In this document: positions 1 through 6,989 of the stretch, in pieces
Layout: each line of letters opens with the position of its first letter
How positions within the stretch are numbered: the stretch's first letter is position 1
IMG/VR virus record: IMGVR_UViG_2534682222_000019
Location: 1-7,169 of that record
DNA from: a virus
Lineage: Duplodnaviria > Heunggongvirae > Uroviricota > Caudoviricetes
Reading direction: 5' to 3' (one strand)
DNA length: 7,169 nt
Notes under the pieces: generated by a model
What the model was told of the DNA's origin: nothing
The model's input: only the letters and a program-made list of their open reading frames with translations
Database searches by the model: none
Program-made: the position numbers and the translations under genes

Positions 1-258
1 ATGCAAACCGTTATTTTTGGTCGTTCGGGTTGCCCTTACTGTGTGCGTGCAAAAGATCTGGCTGAGAAATTGAGCAATGAACGCGATGATTTTCAGTATC
101 AGTATGTAGATATTCGTGCGGAAGGGATCACTAAAGAAGATCTACAACAAAAGGCAGGTAAACCCGTAGAAACCGTGCCGCAGATTTTTGTCGATCAGCA
201 ACATATCGGCGGCTATACCGATTTTGCTGCATGGGTGAAAGAAAATCTGGACGCCTGA
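1..258 (+). CDS. grxA: Glutaredoxin 1, complete 85-aa ORF
   Basis: ATG at position 1, stop at 256-258. The translation MQTVIFGRSGCPYCVRAKDLAEK... carries the CPYC dithiol active site and matches E. coli GrxA as I recall it. The promoter lies outside the window. Confidence 0.95.
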   Translation: MQTVIFGRSGCPYCVRAKDLAEKLSNERDDFQYQYVDIRAEGITKEDLQQKAGKPVETVPQIFVDQQHIGGYTDFAAWVKENLDA

Positions 259-267
259 TCGTCTGAC

Positions 268-300
268 AAGCCCTCGCGTTGAGGGCTTTACTGATTTTTT
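268..300 (+). terminator. Rho-independent terminator downstream of grxA
   Basis: Perfect 8-bp stem AAGCCCTC (268-275) / GAGGGCTT (281-288) with a 5-nt loop, followed by a T-rich tract ending in TTTTTT at 295-300. It overlaps the stop codon of the convergent ybjM. Confidence 0.55.
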
Positions 301-665
301 CTGTGCTGTGGTTTAAACAAACTACTGATAAATAAGAAACACAGTGCCCCCAGCGCACACCAGAACACCGCGCTTAGTAACCATGCCAGCTCTTGCCAGA
401 ATGAGCGGGTCGGTGAAAAAAACAGCCGCATAATAAGCATTGAACAGGGTGCCGCCAGCATTGCGCCAAATAGAGGTTTCAGGACTTCTCTACGCTGTGA
501 AAAGAAACTGGCAACTGCTCCAGGAAGAATGAAAAACAGCAAGCCGATTTCAGGATGCCCGGCAGCCCGAAAAGCGCCTTTCATGTGCGTCGCCAGAAAA
601 AGGCACACCACAATGAAGAGGACAAAACAGCAGATTGCCCCCGCCCAACGTTGTTTATGTTTCAC
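288..665 (-). CDS. ybjM: Small inner-membrane protein YbjM (125 aa)
   Basis: Six-frame ORF of 125 aa, strongly hydrophobic with about four predicted transmembrane segments. Sequence and position between grxA and ybjL match the E. coli grxA-ybjM-ybjL neighbourhood. The only in-frame start is GTG. Confidence 0.8.
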   Translation of the reverse strand: MKHKQRWAGAICCFVLFIVVCLFLATHMKGAFRAAGHPEIGLLFFILPGAVASFFSQRREVLKPLFGAMLAAPCSMLIMRLFFSPTRSFWQELAWLLSAVFWCALGALCFLFISSLFKPQHRKNQ

Positions 666-934
666 TCGTTCCTCCTGACACTGCGTCTATCGAACACATT
701 TTTCGCCAGTGTGGCGTTCAGTAAGATAAAGCCGCTTCGCATTCCATGCTAATATAGGCCAACGCAATTCATATAGCCGTTGATACCTAATGTGATTACA
801 CTAGTAAAATATATTGTTACTTTACTATCGTTTAGGTGCGCTGAATGAATCTGCGCCCTGAATTCTGGTAAAAAACATTATCGTAAATTACCATTTCTTT
901 CAACAGCTTACTAGTAAACAAGAAGTTAGCCTCC

Positions 935-2620
935 GTGAATATAAACGTCGCCGAATTGTTAAATGGGAATTACATTCTGTTATTATTTGTGGTCCTCGCG
1001 CTTGGGCTATGTCTCGGAAAGTTACGACTTGGTTCGATCCAACTGGGTAATTCCATTGGCGTTTTGGTCGTATCACTGTTATTAGGCCAACAACATTTCA
1101 GCATTAACACCGACGCGCTTAATCTTGGCTTTATGCTGTTTATTTTCTGCGTCGGGGTCGAAGCCGGACCGAACTTTTTTTCCATTTTTTTTCGCGATGG
1201 GAAAAATTACCTAATGTTAGCACTGGTGATGGTTGGCAGTGCGCTGGTGATCGCCTTAGGGTTAGGTAAGCTGTTTGGCTGGGATATTGGCCTGACGGCC
1301 GGTATGTTAGCAGGCTCTATGACGTCGACACCGGTTCTGGTCGGTGCTGGCGATACACTGCGTCATTCCGGCATGGAAAGCAGGCAGCTCTCACTGGCAC
1401 TGGATAATCTGAGCCTCGGGTATGCCTTAACCTATTTAATCGGTCTGGTGAGTTTGATTGTTGGTGCGCGTTACTTGCCGAAATTGCAGCATCAGGACTT
1501 ACAGACCAGCGCCCAGCAAATCGCCCGCGAACGTGGCCTGGACACTGATGCCAACCGTAAGGTTTATTTACCGGTGATCCGCGCCTATCGCGTCGGCCCG
1601 GAGCTGGTGGCCTGGACCGACGGCAAAAATCTGCGTGAACTGGGTATTTATCGACAAACCGGCTGCTACATTGAACGTATTCGACGTAACGGGATTCTGG
1701 CAAATCCAGACGGTGATGCCGTGCTACAAATGGGCGATGAAATAGCGTTGGTAGGCTATCCCGACGCCCATGCCCGACTCGATCCCAGCTTCCGTAACGG
1801 TAAAGAAGTTTTCGATCGTGACCTTCTCGACATGCGTATCGTCACTGAAGAAGTGGTCGTTAAAAACCATAACGCTGTAGGTAAACGTCTCGCACAACTG
1901 AAGTTGACCGATCACGGTTGCTTCCTTAACCGCGTCATTCGTAGCCAGATTGAGATGCCGATAGATGACAACGTCGTGCTTAACAAAGGTGACGTTTTAC
2001 AAGTCAGCGGTGATGCCCGTCGCGTAAAAACCATCGCCGATCGCATCGGCTTTATCTCGATTCACAGCCAGGTCACTGACCTGCTGGCATTTTGCGCCTT
2101 CTTTGTTATTGGGCTGATGATCGGGATGATCACCTTCCAGTTCAGCACATTCAGTTTCGGCATGGGGAACGCTGCCGGGTTGTTATTCGCCGGAATTATG
2201 CTGGGCTTTATGCGTGCTAACCACCCGACCTTCGGTTACATTCCGCAAGGTGCATTAAGCATGGTGAAAGAGTTCGGCTTGATGGTGTTTATGGCAGGCG
2301 TTGGTCTGAGCGCCGGTAGCGGTATTAATAACGGCCTGGGCGCGATTGGCGGTCAGATGTTGATTGCCGGATTAATTGTCAGTCTTGTGCCCGTGGTTAT
2401 CTGTTTCTTGTTCGGTGCTTATGTATTGCGAATGAACCGCGCACTGTTGTTCGGCGCAATGATGGGCGCACGCACCTGCGCGCCGGCAATGGAGATCATC
2501 AGTGATACAGCTCGCAGTAACATCCCTGCGCTGGGCTATGCGGGCACCTACGCAATCGCCAACGTCCTGCTGACGCTGGCAGGGACAATCATCGTCATGG
2601 TATGGCCAGGATTAGGATAA
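935..2620 (+). CDS. ybjL: Putative AAE-family transporter YbjL with two central RCK_C/TrkA-C-like domains (561 aa)
   Basis: 561-aa ORF with GTG start and TAA stop at 2618-2620. Hydrophobic N- and C-terminal membrane domains flank a soluble central region. Sequence matches E. coli YbjL as recalled. Confidence 0.92.
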
Positions 2621-2732
2621 AACTGAAGTTGCCCTGAAAATGAAATTTTTTTGCACAACCGCAGAACTTTTCCGCAGGGCATCAGTCTTAATTAGTGCCA
2701 CTGCTTTTCTTTGATGTCCCCATTTTGTGGAG

Positions 2733-2775
2733 CCCATCAACCCCGCCATTTCGGTTCAAGGTTGATGGGTTTTTT
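2733..2775 (+). terminator. Rho-independent terminator, probably for ybjL
   Basis: Perfect 10-bp stem CCCATCAACC (2733-2742) / GGTTGATGGG (2760-2769) with a 17-nt loop, followed by TTTTTT (2770-2775). The orientation is productive only for plus-strand transcripts. Confidence 0.6.
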
Positions 2776-2855
2776 GTTGCCTGAAATTTAAGCTGTTTAA
2801 AATCATGATGTTAGAAACACTGTTTTTTAACGATGGCGACAAAATGGCGGCAGCG

Positions 2856-3074
2856 TCAAAGAGAGAGCGCCACCTGTCCTGATTTCATTGGATGCGGCTG
2901 AACCGGATTTGACTCTTTTGGCGTTGCAATCGAACGAACAAAAGTTTCATGGGTAACAAAAGTATGGCTGCAGTTAATGTTCTGGCACTGGTTGTAACGC
3001 TCTTTGGTCAATGAAGATACCTGAAAACTGCTGCGAGTATGGGCGGCACTTCCACACAGTGGGCAAATCATCAT
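2856..3074 (-). CDS. ogr: Ogr/Delta-family zinc-finger late-gene transcriptional activator (72 aa)
   Basis: Start trimmed from the six-frame ORF to the ATG at 3074, which has a GGGGAG Shine-Dalgarno about 10 nt upstream. The product MMICPLCGSAAHTRSS...KERYNQCQNINCSHTF carries the Ogr-type C-X2-C-X22-C-X4-C zinc-binding motif and has the same length as P2 Ogr. Confidence 0.9.
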   Translation of the reverse strand: MMICPLCGSAAHTRSSFQVSSLTKERYNQCQNINCSHTFVTHETFVRSIATPKESNPVQPHPMKSGQVALSL

Positions 3075-3111
3075 TTTTCGAGTTCTCCCCATTTTTGCTA
3101 AATTCACAATA

Positions 3112-3138
3112 ATGATACCGCATTATTCCATTTTGCAA
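3112..3138 (-). promoter_or_regulatory. Candidate sigma70 promoter for ogr
   Basis: On the minus strand, TTGCAA (plus 3133-3138) and TATCAT (plus 3112-3117) lie in the 90-nt gap between L and ogr. The 15-nt spacing is suboptimal. This is a weak, sequence-only call. Confidence 0.2.
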
Positions 3139-3164
3139 ACTTAAAAGTTCTCCATTGCGAAGAA

Positions 3165-3704
3165 TCATTCCATTTCGAAATCATCAATCCTCACTTCAAG
3201 CTCCAGACTGGTTGTAAAACCGTTATCGGGGCTGACGGTATGCGTCAGAGTCGTAATGGTCCATTCCGCATCATCTACCCGGCTGATGGCCCAGCGGGCG
3301 TCACGCCATAAATCACCGCTGGCTTCCGCCAGTTCCTCGCCCCGCTTCACACCGGATGCCGTGGTGTCATAGTCCTGGTAACGTTCGTTGAGCATGGCGC
3401 GTGCCCAGCAGTAAACCGCGTTGAAATAGTGCTGAATGCGCTCACTTTTGCCGTCCAGCTGTTCCGCCGGAACCTCTGCCAGCGAGGCATACCCCAGCAT
3501 CTGCTGGCGTCTGCGAAACTCATACAGCTCTGCGTTGACCTCCGAAATTGCCGACAGCGCAACCTGCTTTAAACGCGGCTGCGTCACCGTGCCGTCAGTG
3601 CGCATGACACTGCGAAACTCCGACAGGTCCACATCAGGCCAGAACGGCGTATTTCTGATGATTTCCGCCTGTTCCGGTGCCTGTTCTGGCGCAACAAACT
3701 TCAT
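3165..3704 (-). CDS. L: P2 gpL-like head completion/stabilisation protein (179 aa)
   Basis: Start trimmed to the ATG at 3704, preceded by AGGAG 8 nt upstream; the six-frame ORF extends further to a non-ATG start. Similar to remembered P2 gpL, including the ELWRDARWAI and NTPFWPDVD motifs. Confidence 0.85.
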   Translation of the reverse strand: MKFVAPEQAPEQAEIIRNTPFWPDVDLSEFRSVMRTDGTVTQPRLKQVALSAISEVNAELYEFRRRQQMLGYASLAEVPAEQLDGKSERIQHYFNAVYCWARAMLNERYQDYDTTASGVKRGEELAEASGDLWRDARWAISRVDDAEWTITTLTHTVSPDNGFTTSLELEVRIDDFEME

Positions 3705-3799
3705 GCTGCTTTCTCCTGAAATAGAGGGCGGTGGACGGGGTTTTGATGTGGCAGTGCCTTTCGCCACCCCGTGCCGCCCGTGCGCGGGGGCACGTTCTG

Positions 3800-4450
3800 T
3801 CAGCGGCTGTCATTGCGCAGTCTGCGCTCCAGCTGCTGTTTGTCTTTTTTCACGCCACAGCGGGGATCGAGCTGTAACGCATGGTTGAGATGATTAAGGG
3901 CAGACGCCGGATTGCTTTCACTCAGGACCGCGCCAATCGCTTTATGCAGACGCGCCCGTGACTGGTCCGGCATATCCAGACCGTCTGTCAGCTCCAGCGT
4001 CTGCAGCAACAGATCGGCATCAAAGCCGGTGGTGGCAAGCATTGCGCTCTGCGCGGCGTCTGCCATTTCCTCTGCCAGCACGGTCTGCACGTTGCGGTTA
4101 CCCAGCGGCATCACCCAGCCATGACGCAGGGCATGACGCCCGATCTCCAGCGCTCCGGCATAATCTCCGGCATCAATGCGCCACAGCATCACGTACATCA
4201 GCACGTCATCCTGTTGAGCGCCTCCGGCAGCCAGGACACCCTCTGCCCAGGCGGCGTACTTCGGCAGCAGCTCCACCTTGATTTCCGCTTTTTTGACCGT
4301 GGACTGAACGCCCTTGAGACGGCGGCGGTCTTCCGCCAGTTGCAGCAGCATCAGGTCATAGCCCGATGCGTGGCGAACACTGCCGCCCTCGCGGGCGGCC
4401 TGTTCAGCCTGAACGCGCAGGCGATGCTGCCGTGCGGGACTCAGGCTCAT
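3800..4450 (-). CDS. M: P2 gpM-like terminase small (endonuclease/DNA-recognition) subunit (216 aa)
   Basis: ATG at 4450 with GGAG 9 nt upstream; the start lies 3 nt after the N stop. Similar to remembered P2 gpM (LLPKY...GAQDD.LM.VMLWR.D.GD.AGALEI...LDMPD). Confidence 0.85.
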   Translation of the reverse strand: MSLSPARQHRLRVQAEQAAREGGSVRHASGYDLMLLQLAEDRRRLKGVQSTVKKAEIKVELLPKYAAWAEGVLAAGGAQQDDVLMYVMLWRIDAGDYAGALEIGRHALRHGWVMPLGNRNVQTVLAEEMADAAQSAMLATTGFDADLLLQTLELTDGLDMPDQSRARLHKAIGAVLSESNPASALNHLNHALQLDPRCGVKKDKQQLERRLRNDSR

Positions 4451-4453
4451 GGA

Positions 4454-5512
4454 TTACGCTCCGGTTTCGGCTGCGGCGGCGCTGAAATCACCAATCTGGA
4501 TGTTTTCCACCAGTGCGGCGCAGCGGTAGTCCTCAACCACATAGGCTTCGTTAACGGATTCAAAGTTTTCAATCCGGTCACGTTTCGGGTTGTCGATAAC
4601 TGAACGGCGGCGGGTGTCTTCCTGCCAGTAGATGGACAGGTTATCCAGACGGGTGATCAGCAGCGCATTCGGCGGGAAGAACGGCGCACGCACGGCCTGC
4701 AGGCCACCCATGCGTTTCTGACTGATGATCATATCGGCAGCCAGTTTTTCACTGTTTTCCTGCTCTTTGTTGACCAGCGGGAAATACTTGTCAGACAGCA
4801 GTTCACGACCGCAAATCACCACCAGATCGTCATCGTCCTGATAGACCACGTCGATAAGCTCATTAACGGCATCCATCACCACGGCGTCCAGGTTGGCATA
4901 TTCGCCACCTTTCCCGACTTTCACCGCACCCGGTGTGGTTTCACCGCCCGTGGTGGTGCTGCCCATGACGTGATCCGGTGCATCCTCACGGATTTTCTGC
5001 AGCCAGCCTTTATTCACATCCTGCAGTAACGGGTTTTCGCTACGGTTGGAGGTTTTCGCACGCTTCACGCCGTTAAAGCCAATCATGATGCGGTCCAGTG
5101 CCTGACGTTTCACGATGGCGTCACGGATACGCACCTGAAAATCCTGAAACTTCGCCCACAGGTCCAGCTTCGCGTAGGTCAGTACCGTGTCAAAGTTGGT
5201 CTGCTCGCATTTATATTCCACATCGACCATCAGCGTCGGATCGACAGGTTCACGCTCTTTCGCGGTGGTATCAGTGGTTCCGGCAATGGTGCTGCCAACT
5301 CCCAACCCCAGCAGCTGACCGGACTGCTCAGTCACTGGCGTGACGTTAATCAGCGTCAGGAAAGCGGCGGACTGCTGGATCTGGTCTTCCAATGTCTGCT
5401 GCACGGACGGCTCTACGGTGAACTTGCTGGACAGTTCTTCAACTGCCACACCGTTCAGACGCGCCAGTTGCTGCAGGTAAGCGTTAAAAGCAAAGCGGGT
5501 ATTCTTCTTCAT
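4454..5512 (-). CDS. N: P2 gpN-like major capsid protein (352 aa)
   Basis: ATG at 5512 and TAA stop at 4454-4456. Similar to remembered P2 gpN along its whole length (TRFAFNAYL...KFTVEPSV...MIGFNGVKRA...GKGGEYANLDA.VMDA...KYFP.VNKEQ.NSE.LAAD.IISQKR...NLSIY...VEDY...GDFS). Confidence 0.92.
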   Translation of the reverse strand: MKKNTRFAFNAYLQQLARLNGVAVEELSSKFTVEPSVQQTLEDQIQQSAAFLTLINVTPVTEQSGQLLGLGVGSTIAGTTDTTAKEREPVDPTLMVDVEYKCEQTNFDTVLTYAKLDLWAKFQDFQVRIRDAIVKRQALDRIMIGFNGVKRAKTSNRSENPLLQDVNKGWLQKIREDAPDHVMGSTTTGGETTPGAVKVGKGGEYANLDAVVMDAVNELIDVVYQDDDDLVVICGRELLSDKYFPLVNKEQENSEKLAADMIISQKRMGGLQAVRAPFFPPNALLITRLDNLSIYWQEDTRRRSVIDNPKRDRIENFESVNEAYVVEDYRCAALVENIQIGDFSAAAAETGA

Positions 5513-5539
5513 CAGGTTTTGTGCTCCATCAGCAATTGG

Positions 5540-6025
5540 TCAGAGTGTCAGCGGGGGCGTCAACCACACAAACCGCAGGCGGGGAAAGCCTTCATTCAAG
5601 GTTGTAGGTTTGTGCCATGAACACCACACTGACACCCGCAGATCTCGATCCCCGTCGGCAGGCCATGCTGCTGTACTTTCAGGGATACCGCGTACCGCAC
5701 CTGCAGCAACACGCCCGATCTCTGCGGTTGCACTCATGACGTAATGTGGCAGTTTCTCTTTTGCCACCTCATTAATCGGTACGCATGGCAGGCAGTGAAT
5801 CTGAGCCAGAAAACCATCTACCAGCGTTGAATCTTCAGTCAGATCGGTAAGCAGCCAGATTTCTGGTGCGGTTAATAAATGAGGTTGCGCTGGGTTCAAC
5901 TTGTTCCGCAGAATCTGCACATTCATGCCAGCACGTTCTGCCAGTTGCACCAGGTTGTGGCGCAATGCGAATGCACGACAGGCTTCATCAAAATGTGGAT
6001 GTTTGGAAACTTGGTAATCAAACAT
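5540..6025 (-). CDS. cII: Phage 186 CII-like (CP76 family) regulatory protein (161 aa)
   Basis: Start trimmed from a TTG to the ATG at 6025, with GAGG upstream. The N-terminal roughly 120 aa ([24 protein letters not shown]...[25 protein letters not shown]...) match the 186 CII / CP76 family as recalled. The C-terminal roughly 40 aa look atypical and overlap the cos-like sequence. Confidence 0.8.
   Translation of the reverse strand: MFDYQVSKHPHFDEACRAFALRHNLVQLAERAGMNVQILRNKLNPAQPHLLTAPEIWLLTDLTEDSTLVDGFLAQIHCLPCVPINEVAKEKLPHYVMSATAEIGRVAAGAVRGIPESTAAWPADGDRDLRVSVWCSWHKPTTLNEGFPRLRFVWLTPPLTL
5567..5614. other. cos-like core (AGGCGGGGAAAGC, 5577-5589) inside an 8-bp inverted repeat (CACAAACC 5567-5574 / GGTTTGTG 5607-5614)
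   Basis: The 13-mer is identical to the central part of the 19-nt P2/P4 cohesive end as I remember it (GGCGAGGCGGGGAAAGCAC). The flanking inverted repeat is read directly from the sequence. It sits at the cII 3' end, upstream of N. Confidence 0.4.
5611..5628 (-). promoter_or_regulatory. TGT-N12-ACA dyad; possible Ogr-responsive late-promoter element upstream of N
   Basis: The minus strand reads TGTGGTGTTCATGGCACA, about 100 nt upstream of the N start. This fits the P2 late-promoter dyad consensus, but the motif is short and could occur by chance. Confidence 0.2.
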
Positions 6026-6057
6026 GGTCAATGCCTCTGATGTATTTCAGAATCGAA

Positions 6058-6279
6058 CTAATTAAGGTTTAGATTGCATTCTGAAAGCGCATCAACGGTC
6101 ATTGCTGCTATGTTGATCATCACTTTTTCGCGTTTTTTATCTTTGCGCAGACGGTGACGGATAAGGCGTCCATCAGCCAACATGTCATTGATGGTATCGA
6201 TGGATAGCCCTGTCAGCTCGCTATAGCGTTCAATAGTCACATGGGGGGTGGTAAGAGTGATTGAAATGTTAGGTCTCAT
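6058..6279 (-). CDS. Cox/Apl-like small helix-turn-helix excisionase/regulator (73 aa)
   Basis: ATG at 6279 with GAGG upstream. It is the first gene of the leftward operon and sits immediately upstream of cII, as apl does in 186. The HTH segment [24 protein letters not shown] resembles the P2 Cox DNA-binding region. Confidence 0.65.
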   Translation of the reverse strand: MRPNISITLTTPHVTIERYSELTGLSIDTINDMLADGRLIRHRLRKDKKREKVMINIAAMTVDALSECNLNLN

Positions 6280-6404
6280 GATGCAACATTCCTCGTTTAA
6301 TGATGATTAATCAGGACGAATACGGATCGTTTGTATTTTGTGAACACCATAAACATACGATCGCACAGTGAAATCGTAAAGATAAAAGTTCACTTGGAGT
6401 GACC
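6280..6404. promoter_or_regulatory. Immunity switch region between the divergent cox/apl-cII operon and cI
   Basis: 125-bp AT-rich intergenic region between divergently transcribed regulators. It contains a perfect 10-bp palindrome TGATTAATCA (6304-6313), a CGATCG palindrome (6358-6363) and an imperfect direct repeat ATACGGATCG / ATACGATCG (6320-6329 and 6355-6363). Exact promoters were not resolved. Confidence 0.5.
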
Positions 6405-6974
6405 ATGAATTTGGAGAAAGGCGGACGAGGCGCTATAGAGCGCATGGTAGAAGCTTATGGATTCAAGACTCGACAGGCGTTGTGCGATCATTTAGGAATC
6501 TCTAAAAGTACACTCGCCACACGCTACATGCGTGACTCATTCCCAGCAGAATGGGTAATCCAGTGCGCCCTTGAAACAGGCACCTCGCTTAATTGGCTCA
6601 CAACCGGGCATGGTTCAAAGCAAACTTCAGGTAATACAAATACTATGGAAGTTGCTAAATATGTATTATCTGATGGGGCCTTGTGTGAAGACGGTTTTTA
6701 TATTTTCGATAGAGAATTTCTACCGTCGGCATTCAAGAATCTTTTTGTAATCACAGATAATAATTCTGAATTTATTTGTGATAAGGAATTTGATGATATA
6801 CGTGATGGTAAATGGGTAATAAGTATTGATGGCGAAATAACGATCCGTGACATTACTCGTTTACCCGGTGGAAGAATCTTCGTCGAGGGTGGAAACAGAG
6901 CCTTCGAGTGCAAGATAGAAGATGTTGAAATAATTGGGAAAATTATAAGTTTAACAATTAAGTACGTTAGGTAA
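6405..6974 (+). CDS. cI: Phage 186-type CI repressor (189 aa)
   Basis: Start trimmed from a GTG to the ATG at 6405, with GGAG 5 nt upstream. The N-terminal HTH domain (EAYGF...L..HLGISKSTLATRY.R...P....IQCALETGTSLNWLTTG) matches the 186 CI family as recalled, and the length is close to the 192 aa of 186 CI. Confidence 0.85.
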   Translation: MNLEKGGRGAIERMVEAYGFKTRQALCDHLGISKSTLATRYMRDSFPAEWVIQCALETGTSLNWLTTGHGSKQTSGNTNTMEVAKYVLSDGALCEDGFYIFDREFLPSAFKNLFVITDNNSEFICDKEFDDIRDGKWVISIDGEITIRDITRLPGGRIFVEGGNRAFECKIEDVEIIGKIISLTIKYVR

Positions 6975-6989
6975 TACCGGGAGGAAACT

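Noticed and set aside
131-358. 75-aa minus-strand ORF overlapping grxA
   Set aside because: Antisense to the well-supported grxA and running through its terminator, with no recognisable features.
555-752. 65-aa plus-strand ORF
   Set aside because: Antisense overlap with ybjM; low complexity and no ribosome-binding site.
970-1915. Three minus-strand ORFs (970-1185, 1317-1703, 1724-1915) inside ybjL
   Set aside because: Antisense to the full-length YbjL ORF; typical spurious ORFs.
2776-2855. P2 attP-type core downstream of ogr
   Set aside because: Nothing there resembles the P2 att core as I remember it beyond an A-run, so no att call was made.
2805-2882. 25-aa plus-strand ORF (MMLETLFF...) in the junction region
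   Set aside because: Very short, no ribosome-binding site, and overlaps the 3' end of ogr on the other strand.
3075-3107. N-terminal extension of ogr to the ATG at 3107 (83 aa)
   Set aside because: The Ogr family is 72 aa, and the GGGGAG ribosome-binding site lies inside the extension, just upstream of the ATG at 3074.
2974-3168. 64-aa minus-strand ORF overlapping the ogr start
   Set aside because: Alternative frame across the ogr 5' end and L-ogr spacer; ogr in the other frame has the conserved zinc finger.
3705-3767. N-terminal extension of L to a non-ATG start at 3767 (200 aa)
   Set aside because: A strong AGGAG-spaced ATG at 3704 gives a product length closer to P2 gpL; the extension is Pro/Ser-rich and unlike the family.
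3347-4603. Antisense or overlapping ORFs within L, M and N (3347-3562 minus; 3436-3888, 3912-4124, 3958-4281, 4121-4603 plus)
   Set aside because: They lie in GC-rich coding sequence where long spurious ORFs are expected; the minus-strand L, M and N frames have clear phage-family similarity.
5098-5343. 81-aa plus-strand ORF inside N
   Set aside because: Antisense to the major capsid gene.
5567-5614. The 8-bp inverted repeat as an intrinsic terminator for cII
   Set aside because: The 32-nt spacing between arms and the lack of a U-tract make a terminator unlikely; a protein-binding or packaging role fits better.
6026-6031. TTG start two codons upstream of the cII ATG
   Set aside because: The ATG at 6025 with GAGG upstream reproduces the family N-terminus MFD.QVSKHPH.
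5866-6072. 68-aa plus-strand ORF across the cII start
   Set aside because: Antisense to cII and the cox/apl-cII spacer, with no ribosome-binding site.
6399-6404. GTG start two codons upstream of the cI ATG
   Set aside because: The GTG overlaps the GGAG ribosome-binding site; the ATG at 6405 is correctly spaced from it.
6698-6913. 71-aa minus-strand ORF inside cI
   Set aside because: Antisense to cI in AT-rich sequence.
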